Assembly (NCBI GenBank): GCA_951406725.2
Contig: OX597817.1
Location: 57,536,001 to 57,600,000, forward strand
Direction of reading: 5' to 3'
Length of the DNA: 64,000 nt
Source: Octopus vulgaris
Lineage: Eukaryota
The translations under genes were made by a program, and so were the position numbers. This document shows positions 39,201-49,105 of the stretch, piece after piece. Below the pieces are notes generated by a model, which was not told the origin of the DNA, ran no database searches, and saw only the letters and a program-made list of their open reading frames with translations. Numbering within the stretch: the first letter of the stretch is position 1; each line of letters begins with the position of its first letter.

Positions 39201-40089
39201 CACGCAGCCACTCCTGCGTCTATATCTTCTTTCACTTTTTACTGTTTGATTTATTTCAAGTATTGGACTGTGGTCAGGCTGGAGCACTACCTTGAAAGGT
39301 TTACTTGATCAAGTATACATATTTTTTTAAAGTTTGGTACTTATTGCCAAACCACTAAGTTATGAGGAGAAAAACAAACCAACACCAGTTGCCCAGTGGT
39401 GGTAGGAAACAAATACACACACATAGCCACACCACTTGATTGTTAAAAGCAAAACATCATTTTTTTTTCTTTTTAAAAGCTGAATTTAGAAGAAGGGAAA
39501 AAAATAGGCTTTGAACTTTGACCTCTGCAGGTTTTCAGAGACTCGTGAGACCATTAAGGTTAATGGTTTGTTTAAACAATTGTGATTCAATAACTGCAGG
39601 ACAGATATGAACTGGTCACAGATTCCAGCGGGAAAAATATTCTGGGGAGGAAGGATTAACCATAGTGATAAGTGCAGGGCTGGTGGAAGTGGGGTGGATA
39701 CTACAAGTGACAAGAAGTGAAGTGTTGAATGGAGCAGGGTTTCTGAATTGTTGGCAGTACAAGGCAGACCAACTTTAAGGAAAAATGATAAGTTCAGAAA
39801 CGAAAGAGGGAGGAGACAGCTAATTTTTCTGGTGCAATTGAATGAAAGCATAACTGTTAGGATACACAAATGGCTTATGCACTGTTTTTTTGTTGCTTCC
39901 TTGTTAGTACAAGGTGTACATACCTTTACAGTTAAGATCCATCTCAATTTTTCCATCATTCAATTCTACAATCAATAATTTCACCGCATCAATATCACCA
40001 TTGCGGGAAGCTTGCAGCAGTTTCTCATTATTCGATATAATTCTGTGTGTTTCATCATCCTGCGAGTCACTGTCACTGAGGTCACTCAT
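6366..40089 (-). CDS. OSBPL1A: OSBPL1A/ORP1L-like oxysterol-binding protein-related protein, 5' part (11 coding exons, 379 aa; ankyrin repeats + PH domain); continues left of the window
   Basis: Hand-spliced exons all have GT-AG boundaries and compatible phases (166+86+75+109+86+145+113+74+64+99+120 = 1137 nt). The protein has LNCKG..SNRGWSPLHLAAYFGH, NDMGDTPLHRAA, GNTALHLAA, EGPILKKTRFFGFKSLWMVLEKG and WLDAFKEH, the same motifs and order I recall for vertebrate OSBPL1A. Confidence 0.93.
6991..8150 (+). pseudogene. Decayed MULE (Mutator-like) transposase with FLYWCH-like N-terminus
   Basis: YWRCEKRRLCSVRIHT, then DGTFKIVP..FQLFSIH, LLPNKTKQTY, ADFKVAIHKAF, ACLFHLNQS, ALAFVP and WNVNQRILQDLPRT, broken by stops and frameshifts. 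Confidence 0.88.
9043..10408 (+). mobile_element. Penelope-like element remnant with inverted pseudo-LTR copy, inserted in the (TA)n tract of a SINE
   Basis: 9216-9457 is the reverse complement of 10167-10408. HHR at 10109-10212. The host SINE resumes on both sides. Confidence 0.8.
10100..10226 (+). ncRNA. Type I hammerhead ribozyme motif with long stem II
   Basis: CTGAAGA (10109), stem ggccgtggggca...tgccctcactgcc, GAAAC-agct-GTC (10201-10212) with palindromic stem III. Confidence 0.75.
10858..10956 (-). CDS. OSBPL1A: OSBPL1A-like exon 10 (TFENLPAQFKIKFSDGTSHTLSVGPQANSLLKQ), PH domain
   Basis: attgcag acceptor, CAG|GTAACG donor, 99 nt, phase 0/0. Confidence 0.88.
11502..12266. repeat. ~760-bp compound (TACA)n tetranucleotide array
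   Basis: TACA/TACC/TATA/TGCA units read directly. Confidence 0.95.
12447..12922 (-). mobile_element. Non-coding, structured retroelement (probably RTE-derived non-autonomous) embedded in (ATGT)n
   Basis: GC-richer unique unit bounded by (TACA)n. Its 3' end is repeated at 12272-12320. It shares the motif gagttaccttctc with ~21846. Confidence 0.55.
13328..13697 (-). mobile_element. R4/Dong-type non-LTR retrotransposon 3' fragment (restriction-like endonuclease)
   Basis: IIDVAIPND..K, then VIPVVIGALG..LQEAGLLGTADTLRKVL. (TAA)n on both sides. Confidence 0.8.
13764..14167 (-). mobile_element. R4/Dong-type non-LTR retrotransposon 3' fragment
   Basis: CFLIDVLIPADDNV..EKLSKYKDL..IPIIVGALG..QKIALLGTAHILRKTL. 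Flanked by (TAA)n. Confidence 0.88.
15743..15974. mobile_element. piggyBac-type MITE (partial copies also at ~8143-8346 and ~8426-8640)
   Basis: TTAA-CCCT...AGGG-TTCA ends. The same internal sequence occurs three times. Confidence 0.75.
20130..20193 (-). CDS. OSBPL1A: OSBPL1A-like exon 9 (GDASTGARRKGMKYLDHATVE), PH domain
   Basis: ttttccacag acceptor, GAG|GTGAGT donor, 64 nt. Confidence 0.9.
20814..21228. mobile_element. hAT-type MITE
   Basis: TIRs tagtggcgtagctgggg / ccccagttacgctactc. Exact 8-bp TSD TACTTATG at 20806-20813 and 21229-21236. Confidence 0.85.
21327..21590 (+). mobile_element. SINE family C with (GAT)n tail and internal ~44-bp tandem unit, representative (others ~2088-2360 -, 16140-16405 +, 19310-19590 -, 28800-29270 -, 32540-32870 -, 46490-46925 +, 62020-62270 -)
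   Basis: gtggttggcgttaggaagggcatccagctgtagaaac..aacccatgctagcatggaaagcggacgttaaacgatgatgat recurs many times. Confidence 0.85.
22971..23044 (-). CDS. OSBPL1A: OSBPL1A-like exon 8 (KTRFFGFKSLWMVLEKGIVSYFSNR), PH domain
   Basis: ttcttcccag acceptor, CAG|GTAAGT donor, 74 nt. Confidence 0.92.
23390..24084 (-). mobile_element. R4/Dong-type non-LTR retrotransposon 3' fragment (CCHC knuckle + REL endonuclease)
   Basis: CRLC..EDITHVISSC..RHNVVAK..WWN..HNRPDIVVWD, frameshift, then IIEVS..FIPIIIGAL. Confidence 0.88.
24287..24399 (-). CDS. OSBPL1A: OSBPL1A-like exon 7 (GQRAVDLTTSPNMKHLLNVRPVQDIPVQSVRQEGPILK), start of PH
   Basis: cttccag acceptor, AAG|GTAACA donor, 113 nt. Confidence 0.9.
24782..25008. 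mobile_element. Second piggyBac-type MITE family (inverted partial copy at ~8640-8850)
   Basis: ttaacccttcagcat...atgttaatgggttga ends. Confidence 0.6.
26394..26590 (+). mobile_element. Short R4/Dong-type 3' fragment
   Basis: SKNFEKHMEQIGAAIRVEHLQKTALFGTA*ILQTVLEK*, between (TAA)n tracts. Confidence 0.7.
26621..27145 (+). mobile_element. R4/Dong-type 3' fragment, same family as 13764-14167
   Basis: WYRHKPEKVTENEKATILWDMPIHTDREIKANRPDIVVRD..EKLSKYKDL..LLGTAHILRRTLSIQ*, ending in a (TAA)n tail. Confidence 0.9.
27221..27266 (+). ncRNA. Minimal hammerhead ribozyme motif
   Basis: cac-CTGATGA-a-ggctg(loop)cagcc-GAAAC-ATT-gtg. The stem III palindrome AACGTT reads AACATT in this copy. Confidence 0.6.
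27398..27542 (-). CDS. OSBPL1A: OSBPL1A-like exon 6 (LNQNNAPDINSVDKFGNTALHLAALRNHKQVAILLLQYGIDTSLKNNN), ankyrin
   Basis: tctttcag acceptor, ATG|GTTCGT donor, 145 nt. Confidence 0.92.
27664..27828. repeat. G-rich ~28-bp minisatellite, six units
   Basis: Unit gtagggtgtgtgaaaatgggggttgggg. Confidence 0.9.
28170..28531 (+). mobile_element. CR1/L2-clade LINE 3' end
   Basis: LRGHSEKL..RREAFSVRVADPWNKLP..FKVSLD, then a 3'UTR ending in (TAAC)n. Confidence 0.82.
29902..29987 (-). CDS. OSBPL1A: OSBPL1A-like exon 5 (ASEKSDSRRLVNEFMSSSLHGQIDDIKGI)
   Basis: ttttccatag acceptor, ATT|GTAAGT donor, 86 nt, phases fit both neighbours. Confidence 0.88.
31430..31725 (+). mobile_element. RTE-clade LINE 3' end (decayed)
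   Basis: KRQKLAWYNH..KTNLHSTVEG..KRGRQ..DNI, followed by a (GAT)n tail. Confidence 0.6.
32997..33105 (-). CDS. OSBPL1A: OSBPL1A-like exon 4 (DVVMLLLSHGANISTVNTEGHTPKSLASAQVKHLLE)
   Basis: ttttcag acceptor, AAG|GTAAGT donor, 109 nt. Confidence 0.93.
34234..34459. mobile_element. Near-perfect hairpin (~109-bp arms) of two head-to-head HHR-bearing pLTR-like copies in a (TA)n tract
   Basis: 34234-34342 pairs with 34351-34459 around an 8-nt loop. Flanked by (TA)n. Confidence 0.82.
34354..34425 (+). ncRNA. Type I hammerhead ribozyme motif
   Basis: gccggatga-CTGAAGA-gatg..gtgga/tccac..catc-c-GAAACTC-a-GAGTT-ttatcttggc. Stems I, II and III can all be drawn. Confidence 0.78.
35159..35233 (-). CDS. 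OSBPL1A: OSBPL1A-like exon 3 (AGANFDIQNDMGDTPLHRAAYTSRE), ankyrin
   Basis: ttccag acceptor, GAG|GTACGT donor, 75 nt. Confidence 0.93.
36452..36900. repeat. ~450-bp polypurine (GAG/GAA/GGA) tract
   Basis: Almost entirely A/G on the + strand. Confidence 0.9.
36916..37001 (-). CDS. OSBPL1A: OSBPL1A-like exon 2 (GTRRSNRGWSPLHLAAYFGHTEVVKQLLE), ankyrin
   Basis: ttgcag acceptor, GAG|GTAAAC donor, 86 nt, ankyrin consensus. Confidence 0.93.
39924..40089 (-). CDS. OSBPL1A: OSBPL1A-like coding exon 1 (MSDLSDSDSQ...EMDLNCK)
   Basis: Long pyrimidine tract and acceptor cttgtag, so the exon starts at 40123. A 34-nt UTR with an in-frame TGA precedes the ATG at 40089. Donor AAG|GTATGT, phase 1. Confidence 0.9.
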
Positions 40090-41766
40090 CTTTGAAGTGG
40101 GAAAATCTCAGAACCTCCCAAAACTACAAGAAGATGGAGAAATGAAACCAGATAAAATAAACAAGAAAACAAAACAGAATAAAAACAAAAGATACATAAA
40201 AAAGAACAATAACAAATTTAATTTCATCTGATCTGGTCTGGTCTGGTTTAATCTGGTTTGGTTTGGTTTGGAGCTCCTGTGTTGTTAGTTACCACCAGTA
40301 ATGATACATTCACCAACATCACAATCAACATCATCATCAACTCCTTGACACTTTTGTCATGACTCTCCTGACTCATGAGGCTGACTACTTGGTTTCCATG
40401 GCCTGTAAGAGAGTGAGATGACAACATCCCCCCTGGATGGGATGTTAGTCCACTTCAGCGTTACTCATTTACAACCAAGTGTCATGGGAACAATGTGAAA
40501 ATGAAGAGTTTTGCTCAAGAACACAATGCAGTGCCCTCTCTTGGGACTGAAACCACTATCTTGTGATCATGAATGCAACAGCCTAACTGCAAGGCCTTTT
40601 GCCTTCACCAGAAACGGTATGAATACAGAGAAATAATTCTAGTATCAAACATTCCTTTGTTTTGTGGTAAATTATGGGGAGGCACAGGCCATGCTGTTAT
40701 TTCTAGCTTATTGCATGACCACATAGAAGCTCTCTCATTCCCCTGTATAAATATAATATAATCTTTTCTATTCTAGGCACAAGGCCCGAAAATTGGGGGG
40801 GGGGAAGTTGATTAGATCAACTCCCGTATGCCACTGGTACTTAATTTATCAACCCTGAAAGGATGAAAGGTAAAGTCGACCGTGGCAAAATTTGAACTCA
40901 GAACATACTGCTAAGCATTTTACCCGGTGTGCTAACGTTTCTGCTAGCTCGCCACCTTCAACCTAGGAATATTCTTTTCAATTCTAGGCACGAGGCTCGA
41001 AATTTTGGGGGAGGGGGCCAGTCGATTAGATCGACTCCAGTACGCAACTGGTACTTAAATTATCGACTCTGGAAGGATAAAAGGCAAAGTCGACGTTGGC
41101 GGAATTTGAACTCAGAATGTAAAGACAAATGAAATACCACTAAGTATTTCGCCTGGCATGCTAACGTTTCTGCCAGCTAGCCACCTTATTAGTATAGTAT
41201 AATGAAACAGCAAGAGCTGAGAAAACTAATGATGTTAGGAAATAGTAAATGTAATGTAACATGAAAGTGAGGCACTTAAGGGCCTAGAATTAGGTTTGGT
41301 TTTATGCTGTTATGATAATGAAAGATAAACATTCTTCTTGATTGGCACCAGTCTATTATTATTTTTATTAATGTGGTGTCCGTTATTGTTTAGCTCTCAT
41401 CTAATCCAGTAGAGATCATCCAGTCTTTCTTTAGAGATAATCTCCATAAAAACTACATAATCCAATGTGCGTGTCCTTTTTGAAAAAGTCACCACTTGTT
41501 ATATGAATGAGATTTGACAGCTACTTTTAGCAGGTCAAGTTATCTGGGAGAGGCCTTTTTTGTTGTATTATAAATACTTATACACACACACACGCACATG
41601 CACACACAAACCTACACACACATACTTCTTGAGTGAGAGTGTCTATGTACTTCCTGTTTTGCAAAACAAGGCATAACAACAACATTGTCAACATTTCAGT
41701 AGCTTGTTGTTGGTGTCACTATTATTGTCACTACTGTTATTATTATTATTATCATTATTATTATTA

Positions 41767-41807
<41 letters not shown>

Positions 41808-41961
41808 TGTGCCAGTTGTTTTTATCCTAGTCAAGGACATAATACTGTTGTAATAAAATACGTTTTGTATTTATTCAATCTGGAATTCCAGTGCAACATT
41901 AATGGATGACATCTGGAAAAACCAGAAATAGTTTTAGAAATGCTTTATTACAACTCATATG

Positions 41962-42320
41962 TGGCTGTGTGGTAAGAAGCTTGCTTACCAACCACATGGT
42001 TCCAGGTTAAGTCCCACTGCATGGCACCTTGGGCAAGTGTCTTCTACTACAGCCTCGGGCCGACCAAAGCCTTGTGAGTGGATTTGGTAGACGGAAACTG
42101 AAAGAAGCCCATCGTATATATATATATATGTGTGTGTGTATATGTTTGTTCGCCCAACATCGCTTGACAACCAATGCTGGTGTATTTACATCCCCGTAAC
42201 TTAGCGGTTGGCCAAAAGAGACCAATAGAATAAGTACTAGGCTTACAAAGAATAAGTCCTTGGGTCGATTTGCTCGAGTAAAGGTGGTTTCATTTGACTG
42301 AAACAAATAAAAGAGTAAAA
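41962..42320 (+). mobile_element. tRNA-derived SINE family B with internal (TA)/(TG) tract, representative (others ~8873-10675 + interrupted, 22300-22715 -, 38838-39217 -, 49118-49530 -, 51225-51628 -, 58650-59190 -)
   Basis: ggctgtgtggtaagaagcttgc..ggttcagtcccactgc..accttgggcaagtg..ccgtaacttagcggttcggc..gtcaaatgactgaaac recurs. Confidence 0.88.
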
Positions 42321-42660
42321 AAGTATATGTTCTATGCATATATATCTATATACCCTGGTTCCTTAATTCTTTCTTCTGATAAGTTTGGATACAGAAATGT
42401 CAACTACATCGTCCAAAATAGTAATTGAATTCCTTTTCGATAGGCGTCAACATAGACTTTCTCACTCATAACGTCTACATTCCAAAAATGTAATTTTCCC
42501 AAATTAAGTGCACTTCATATTCAAGGCTCCAATGAAGCTATAGGATGTTATCCAGGCACACTCATCTAAGAGTCCACTGCATCCTACAGCAGAAACAGCT
42601 GTAAGCTAATGGAGTTCATTGCATGGCATTTGGTTTTTCCTGTGTCATCCCTTTGTTCCT

Positions 42661-42672
42661 AGGTAGATAGAC

Positions 42673-42705
<33 letters not shown>

Positions 42706-42955
42706 TGGATAGATAGATGGATGGATGGATGGATGGACAGATGGACGAACAGACAGATAGATAAATAGATAGATAGACAGACAGACAGACAGATAGATAG
42801 ATGGATGGATGGATGGACGAACAGACATATAGATAAATAGATAGATAGACAGACAGACAAACAGACAGACGGATGGATGGATGGATGGATGGATGAACAG
42901 ACGGACAAACAGACAGATAGACAAACACACGGACGGACGAACAGACAGATAGACA
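42661..42955. repeat. GATA/GACA/GATG compound tetranucleotide array
   Basis: Read directly; higher-order ~60-bp periodicity. Confidence 0.92.
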
Positions 42956-43703
42956 GTGGTATGTGTTTAAGTTTGTGAATGTCTCTACATATAGAGGCCT
43001 TCACACACTTAAACACATACCACTAAAAATATATGACACACAATCATACAAACTACACATACACAAACATAGGCGCACATGCACACACATTCATAAATGT
43101 TGAACAAAAGAACATAAAACTCCCAGAAATGTCATCAATTTAGTAGATTAGGGAAAAACTGGAGGATTAATTTAATATAATCCATATGCAGTAGAGAGTT
43201 ATAGCACAATGAAGCCCCTGTGGCTGGGGCCATGTGAAGTTATTTAGGGACTACCTTTCTGTTGTATTATACCTAAAAGTACATGTGTGTTTGTGTGTGT
43301 GTGAGCGTTTGTGTGTGTATGTGTGTTTTGTGTGTGTGTGTGTGCGTTTGTGTGTGTTTATGTGCGTGTGTTTGTGTGTGTGTGTGTGTAGGTGTGAAGG
43401 TGTGTGGTTAGGGGTATTTGGCTCCCTACAATTGTAAGGTTATGAGTTTGATTCCTGCTGGCGCCTTGTGCCCTTGAGCAAGACTATTTCACAATGCTCC
43501 AATACACTCTGCTGGCAAAAATAAGTAGTACCTGTAATTCAAAGGGGTCCAGCCTTGTCCTATTCTGTGTTGCATTGAATTTCTCCCTAAGAACTACGTT
43601 AAGGGTCTGTGGAGTGCTCAGCCACTTGCACGTTAATTTCACGAGCAGGCTGTTCCATTGATCAGATCAACTGGAATCTTCATTGTCGTAAGTGACAGAA
43701 TGA

Positions 43704-43742
<39 letters not shown>

Positions 43743-45690
43743 CATGCATGTACATATCGATGTATATACATAGATGCAGGCATGGCTGTGTGCATATGAA
43801 GCTTGCTTCCCAACGCCATGGTTTTGTGTTCAGTCCCACAGTGCAGCACCTGGGACAAGTGTCTTGTGATGAATTATTTGTGAGCAAACTAGGCAGATGG
43901 AAACTGTGGGGAAGCCCATCATATGTATGTGTGTGTGCCTTTGTCTCTGTGTTTGTCCCCCTACCATTTGACATCCGATGTTGGTTTGTATATGTCCTCA
44001 TAACTTAACAGTTTCGTAGAATAGAATACCAGACTTCAAAAATAATAATAATAATAAGTACCGGCGTGGGTCTGGCCAACTAAACCCTTCAACATGGTGC
44101 CCTAGCATGGCCACAGTTTAATGAACAAAACAAATAAGAGGTGTGTGTACATGCACCTATTTTTGACAGAGTGGGAAAAATGACAACGAAGATGATGATG
44201 ATGATGGTGGTGGTGGTGGTGGCCGGATATGACCAGATTAAATACTAAAGAGTTGATAATGGTTTCTGGTTTAGGCACACGTACAAGGCCAGCAATTTTG
44301 CGGGGAGGAAGGCCTTGGCGATACCAACAACCACTGCTACTTGACTGGTGGTGGTGGTGGAAAGGTCACGTACACAAAATATTTTAAAGTTCTGACTATT
44401 GAGACGTGAGATCTACTCCAGAAGAAAAATTGCTCAAGGGAGATAACTCTCACACCCGTCAACATCTCAATTGGTAAAAACAAACAAACAATATTGTAAA
44501 AACGAGTTGGCTGCACATTTATTAAATAGCAGACAAATTTTTATCAAATCACCCCCAACCACTATATTAAAAAAAGAAGAACAAATTGGAAATGCAATCC
44601 TTGATATAATATGTCTAAAGAAAAGTTTGTCTGGTCACTGTTGGAATACTTTTGATCATAATTCTGCCTTGTGAGAGTCGCGAAATAACAACAAAGGTCT
44701 CATCAAAGAATGAAGACTCAGATACAATATGTCTGAATAAAAAAAAAAAAGCCTGGACGAGTACAGCCAGAATACTGTTAATCATAGGTTTGTCCATTGA
44801 TGACAGCAAACCCGGGGCTAAACAACAACATCATCATCATCATCATCATGGTAATACAATAGAACCTCGCAGTATGAGTGCCTCATTGTACAAGTGATTT
44901 GCTGTACGAGCCGAGACTCGTGCGAATTTTGGTCTTGAAGTACGAGCACACAAATCATCCCATCTTTAAAGTAATTCAGTTAATAAAAACCAGTTTACAT
45001 ACTTCTTTTGTATTCTATTTTTTATAATTCTGATTTTACTTGTAACTACACCTTTCTATAAACTCACTCGAAGACAGCAATTCCTTCTCTACCCTCAATT
45101 TCCTTTTCGAGTGAAACTTGAAGAAGCCAATGAGAGCTCTACAAAAGAAGAAATTATCTGTCCTCATGCTTCTCAGCCTTGTCTACCAGCAATCTCTTTC
45201 ACCACAGCTACGAGGCAAAGGAAAGCTGCCTTGCCTGCCTGATTAAAGTAGAGTGGCAGGGCAATCACTACTATGGACTTGGTCGACAGACGGATCCATC
45301 GCACATGCAAGAGCAGCTGTTTGACATAACACCACAAGTCACCAAAGCCCGGATGCTGAACAAGTGCCTGCAGAATGGTTTTGTTACTCTACTCCGCACC
45401 TCAGACAAGCCTATCTGACAGCACATCTGTGCCTGTAGAATTTATCTTGATCTGGTAGCCCCCACCCCCACCCCCCGTAGCACTGCCAGGCCAAGAACAT
45501 CTGGAAATTATCCATGATAGTTCCCAACCAAAAAGTCCTCCAGAACAGACTGACCAGTTCATTTTAGTCAGTGCCCAGAATCTCCTCATATACCATTCTG
45601 CATATCTCATGTCTGTTTTCATTCCTCCACTTCACTCCCTATTTCATATCTTCTCTAGAATAACTATTGCTTAACCATTTTCTCGCACCA

Positions 45691-45737
45691 TCTCTGATGA
45701 AGGGATATATAAAATATCCCGGAAACGGTTGTAAGAC
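45691..45737 (+). ncRNA. Minimal hammerhead ribozyme motif
   Basis: tct-CTGATGA-a-gggatat(ataaa)atatccc-g-GAAAC-ggtt-GTA-aga. Confidence 0.72.
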
Positions 45738-46193
45738 CTTCTCTTCATAAATGTTCTGAAATCTTTCATAGCCTTGGATTTTTATCTCATTCTGTTAATT
45801 ATATATATATACCTAACATTTTAAATACAAAATATTTTTTCTTAGAATGCCGGAAATTATATCCTAACCAATTTAATCCTAAATGACACCAATGTTATTC
45901 ATCCAATCTTCACTTACATTTCCCAATTTAATTCTTTGTCTATTAAACCCCTCATGATAATTTACATCTGTCTTTTTATCATCTCCCTCACATAAACCTT
46001 TATAAATAAATATATTTAAATTTAAATTGAAACATAGTAATAGATATATTTTTCAAATAAATTCAATGTTTTAGGGGCATTTCAATGTTCAATATTAGTT
46101 AAATTTTAAACAATAAATTTCTAATCACATGAATTCCTAAACGTTATCCTCAAATAAGTCGTTTTGTAACTCAAGACTAAAATATACTTATTT

Positions 46194-46291
46194 TTCCTGA
46201 AGAGATCTAACAATATATCGTTTATTACATCTATAAAAGTTACAATTATTTATGATTCAAACATATTGTTGGGTTGAAACATATGTAGAAT
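46194..46291 (+). ncRNA. Hammerhead ribozyme motif with extended stem II
   Basis: ttc-CTGAAGA-gatctaacaatat...atattgttgggtt-GAAAC-atat-GTA-gaa, with palindromic stem III. Confidence 0.72.
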
Positions 46292-47893
46292 TTTTTTTTG
46301 GATAATTTTGGGTTATTTTGTTGATGTGGTTCTTTTTATACTTGTTCTTTTAGGTATATCTTTTATTCTGTTAATTTGCATTACTTTTCCAATTGTGATA
46401 CAAATAAAATGAACCAAGCATCTTTTATATTTCTTCTCCATTTTTTTTTATCGATTTTGTGCTTGATTGAGTCAAGTATATCAACATCAATATCAAAATC
46501 AAATTCAATCAAATTACAATCAAATGGAAATTGTAGTTGTGACCCTCGTGCCGGTGGCATGTAAAAGGTAGCATCCAAACATGGCCAATGCCAATGCCGC
46601 CTTGACTGGCTTCTGTGCCGGTGGCACGTAAAAAGCACCATCCAAGCATGACCGATTCCAGCGCCACCTTGACTGGCTTCCATGCCAGTAGCACATAAAA
46701 AGCACCACCCAATTATGGCCGATGCCAGCTCCTCTGCCCCTGTGCTGGTGGCACATAAAAAGCACCCACTACACTCTCGGAGTGGTTAGGAAGGGCATCC
46801 AGCTGTAGAAACATTGCCAGATGAGACTGGAGCTTGGTGCAGCCTCCTGGCTTCCTAGGCCCCAGTCGAGCAGTCCAACCCATGCCAGCATGGAAAACAG
46901 ACGTTAAACGATGATGATGATGATATGTATGTACGTATGTATATAGCAAATGAAAGACAGAAGATGGAATATACTATTATTCACAACAGTTGTTTCGACA
47001 CATCTAGCATTGATTCTTCTTGGGTGGGACACTCAACAACTGGTTCAGAACCAGGTACTTGAAAAGGTATGCACCAGGTAAGGTTGGGTAATCTCTGTGG
47101 TTGAGAGTCAAAATATCAGATAGGATATTTTGGCTGTGTATACAGAGAAACCAACCCTGTGAGTACTTAGCACCTAGGGACTGGTCCAAATCACGTGTTA
47201 CTTTGAATATTATGTGGTTCGTGTATTCTAGGGTGTCGGACAAGTCGTAAATTCTCTTGGTGTATTATAATCAAATGGATAATAACATACAATTATTCAT
47301 CATCATCATCATCATTGTTTAACATCCGTTTTCCATGCTGGCATGGGTTGGATGATTTGACTGGGGTCTGGGAAGCCAGTAGGCTGTGCCAGGCTCCAAT
47401 CAAATCTGGCAAGGTTTCTACAGTTGGATGCCCTTCCTAACACCAACCACTCTGAGTGTAGTGGGTGCTTTTTATGTGCTGCCAGCATGGGAACCAGTCA
47501 TGCGGCACTGACATCAACCCATGCTTGAATGGTGCCACACCCCACCCTTGCTCCCCCACTCTCACCTCCCCTACACCCCAACACCACCACACCACACCAC
47601 ACCACACCTCACCACACCACCCTGCACACACTAGCACTGACCACTTCCCAGCACCCACACCATCATCCACACACCTACACATGCACACACGCACACATCA
47701 AGGTCACAAGCCCCCATCTACTCACACACATATACACTCTCACATACACACCCACACATTTTGGGATCACCACTACTTGATTATTTCCCCTCCCTAGCTC
47801 TCCTGTGTGACACCTTTGTCTGGCATTCGCCATGGTAGATCACTAGTCAGTAAACCTTTTTTTTATTTTTTCTCCCTGTTTATTTCTGCATTC

Positions 47894-47929
47894 CTTTCTG
47901 TCGAAGAACGTAGACTTGAAACGTAAAAG
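47894..47929 (+). ncRNA. Variant or degenerate minimal hammerhead-like motif
   Basis: cttt-CTGTCGA-a-gaac(gtag)actt-GAAAC-GTA-aaag. Core position 6 is non-canonical and stem II is decayed. Confidence 0.45.
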
Positions 47930-48029
47930 ACTCTCTCACTTCCTGAGCATTAAACTAATATGTCTGTTTGTTGTTTACACACCTGTCTTCATATTTTGTT
48001 TTATTGTAAATTCTCACTATATATCTATA

Positions 48030-48060
<31 letters not shown>

Positions 48061-48061
48061 T

Positions 48062-48095
<34 letters not shown>

Positions 48096-48096
<1 letters not shown>

Positions 48097-49105
48097 TTCA
48101 ATTTACCATAAGATGCCCATCCTAATTGTATTAGTCGTTCAATTACTTTCATCTAATTTTTATCCTTTAAGCAGATTATTTGTCCAAGACAGGTGTACTG
48201 CGTCACATGTTCAGCTATTTTCATCATCCATTACTATATTTCCAGCTGTTTGTTAAATGGTTGCTGATTATCTTTGTTTTACTATTATTAATTATGAGTC
48301 CACATTTTTCGGCTTCTTTTAGTTCTCTGAACATTTCTGTTGACCCTTTAATACTCCTGGAAATGAATACATCATTAGTGAATTTGAGATGATTTAACAT
48401 GCATCCATTTACATTTATTCCTTTATCTGACCAATACAAGTTTTCAAAAACCTTTTCTGATACAGATGTGAATAATTTGGGTGACATCTTGTCTCCTTAT
48501 CTCCCTCCTTTACCAATTTATGTACCAACTGCTTTGTTGCATAAAGCTGCTACAGTTCTATATCCTCTAATATCTTCACATAGTCTTCCATTTCCATTAC
48601 AACCCGAGCTCTTAGTATATCATCACGAGCAGAAGTTTCCCCAAGCGTCTTAAAAGAAAGGTCTTCAAGCAGTGTCCGCTGCCTACCATTGTGTATGCAC
48701 CAGAAACATGGTCTACCAACAAAAGCATTGAAAATAAATGAAGATCAACACAAAGAGCCATAGAAAGGAGAATGCTGGAGATTAACAAAATGGATAAATG
48801 GAGAGGCAAAGGGTAAGAGTGGCAACAGGTTTAATGGATATTATCTGGAAAATAAAATTCCTGAAATGGTCTTTTGTAGGACCTGTGCTTAGAAGAAAGG
48901 ACAATAGATGGAACAGCAAACTGATAGAGTGGACACCGTGTCCAGAAAAAAGATGCAAGGGAGACCATGTAGAAGTTGGAATGAAGACTTTGTTAAATAC
49001 TTTGGCATTGAAATACGGATGAAGAAAACATCAGACAGTGGTTGGTGGAGAGAAGATGCTGAGGCCATTGTCCAGCCATGGAATGAACATGTACAGGGAT
49101 GATAT
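48096..49105. mobile_element. RTE-clade LINE fragment with inverted 5' part (minus 48096-~48610; plus ~48612-49105)
   Basis: Minus: IGKGGR*GDKMSPKLF..GINVNG..LNHLKFTND..GLIINNSKTK..IQLGWASYGKLN. Plus: LKRKVFKQC.LPTIVYAPETW..KWSFVG..RRKDNRW..EWTP. Confidence 0.85.
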
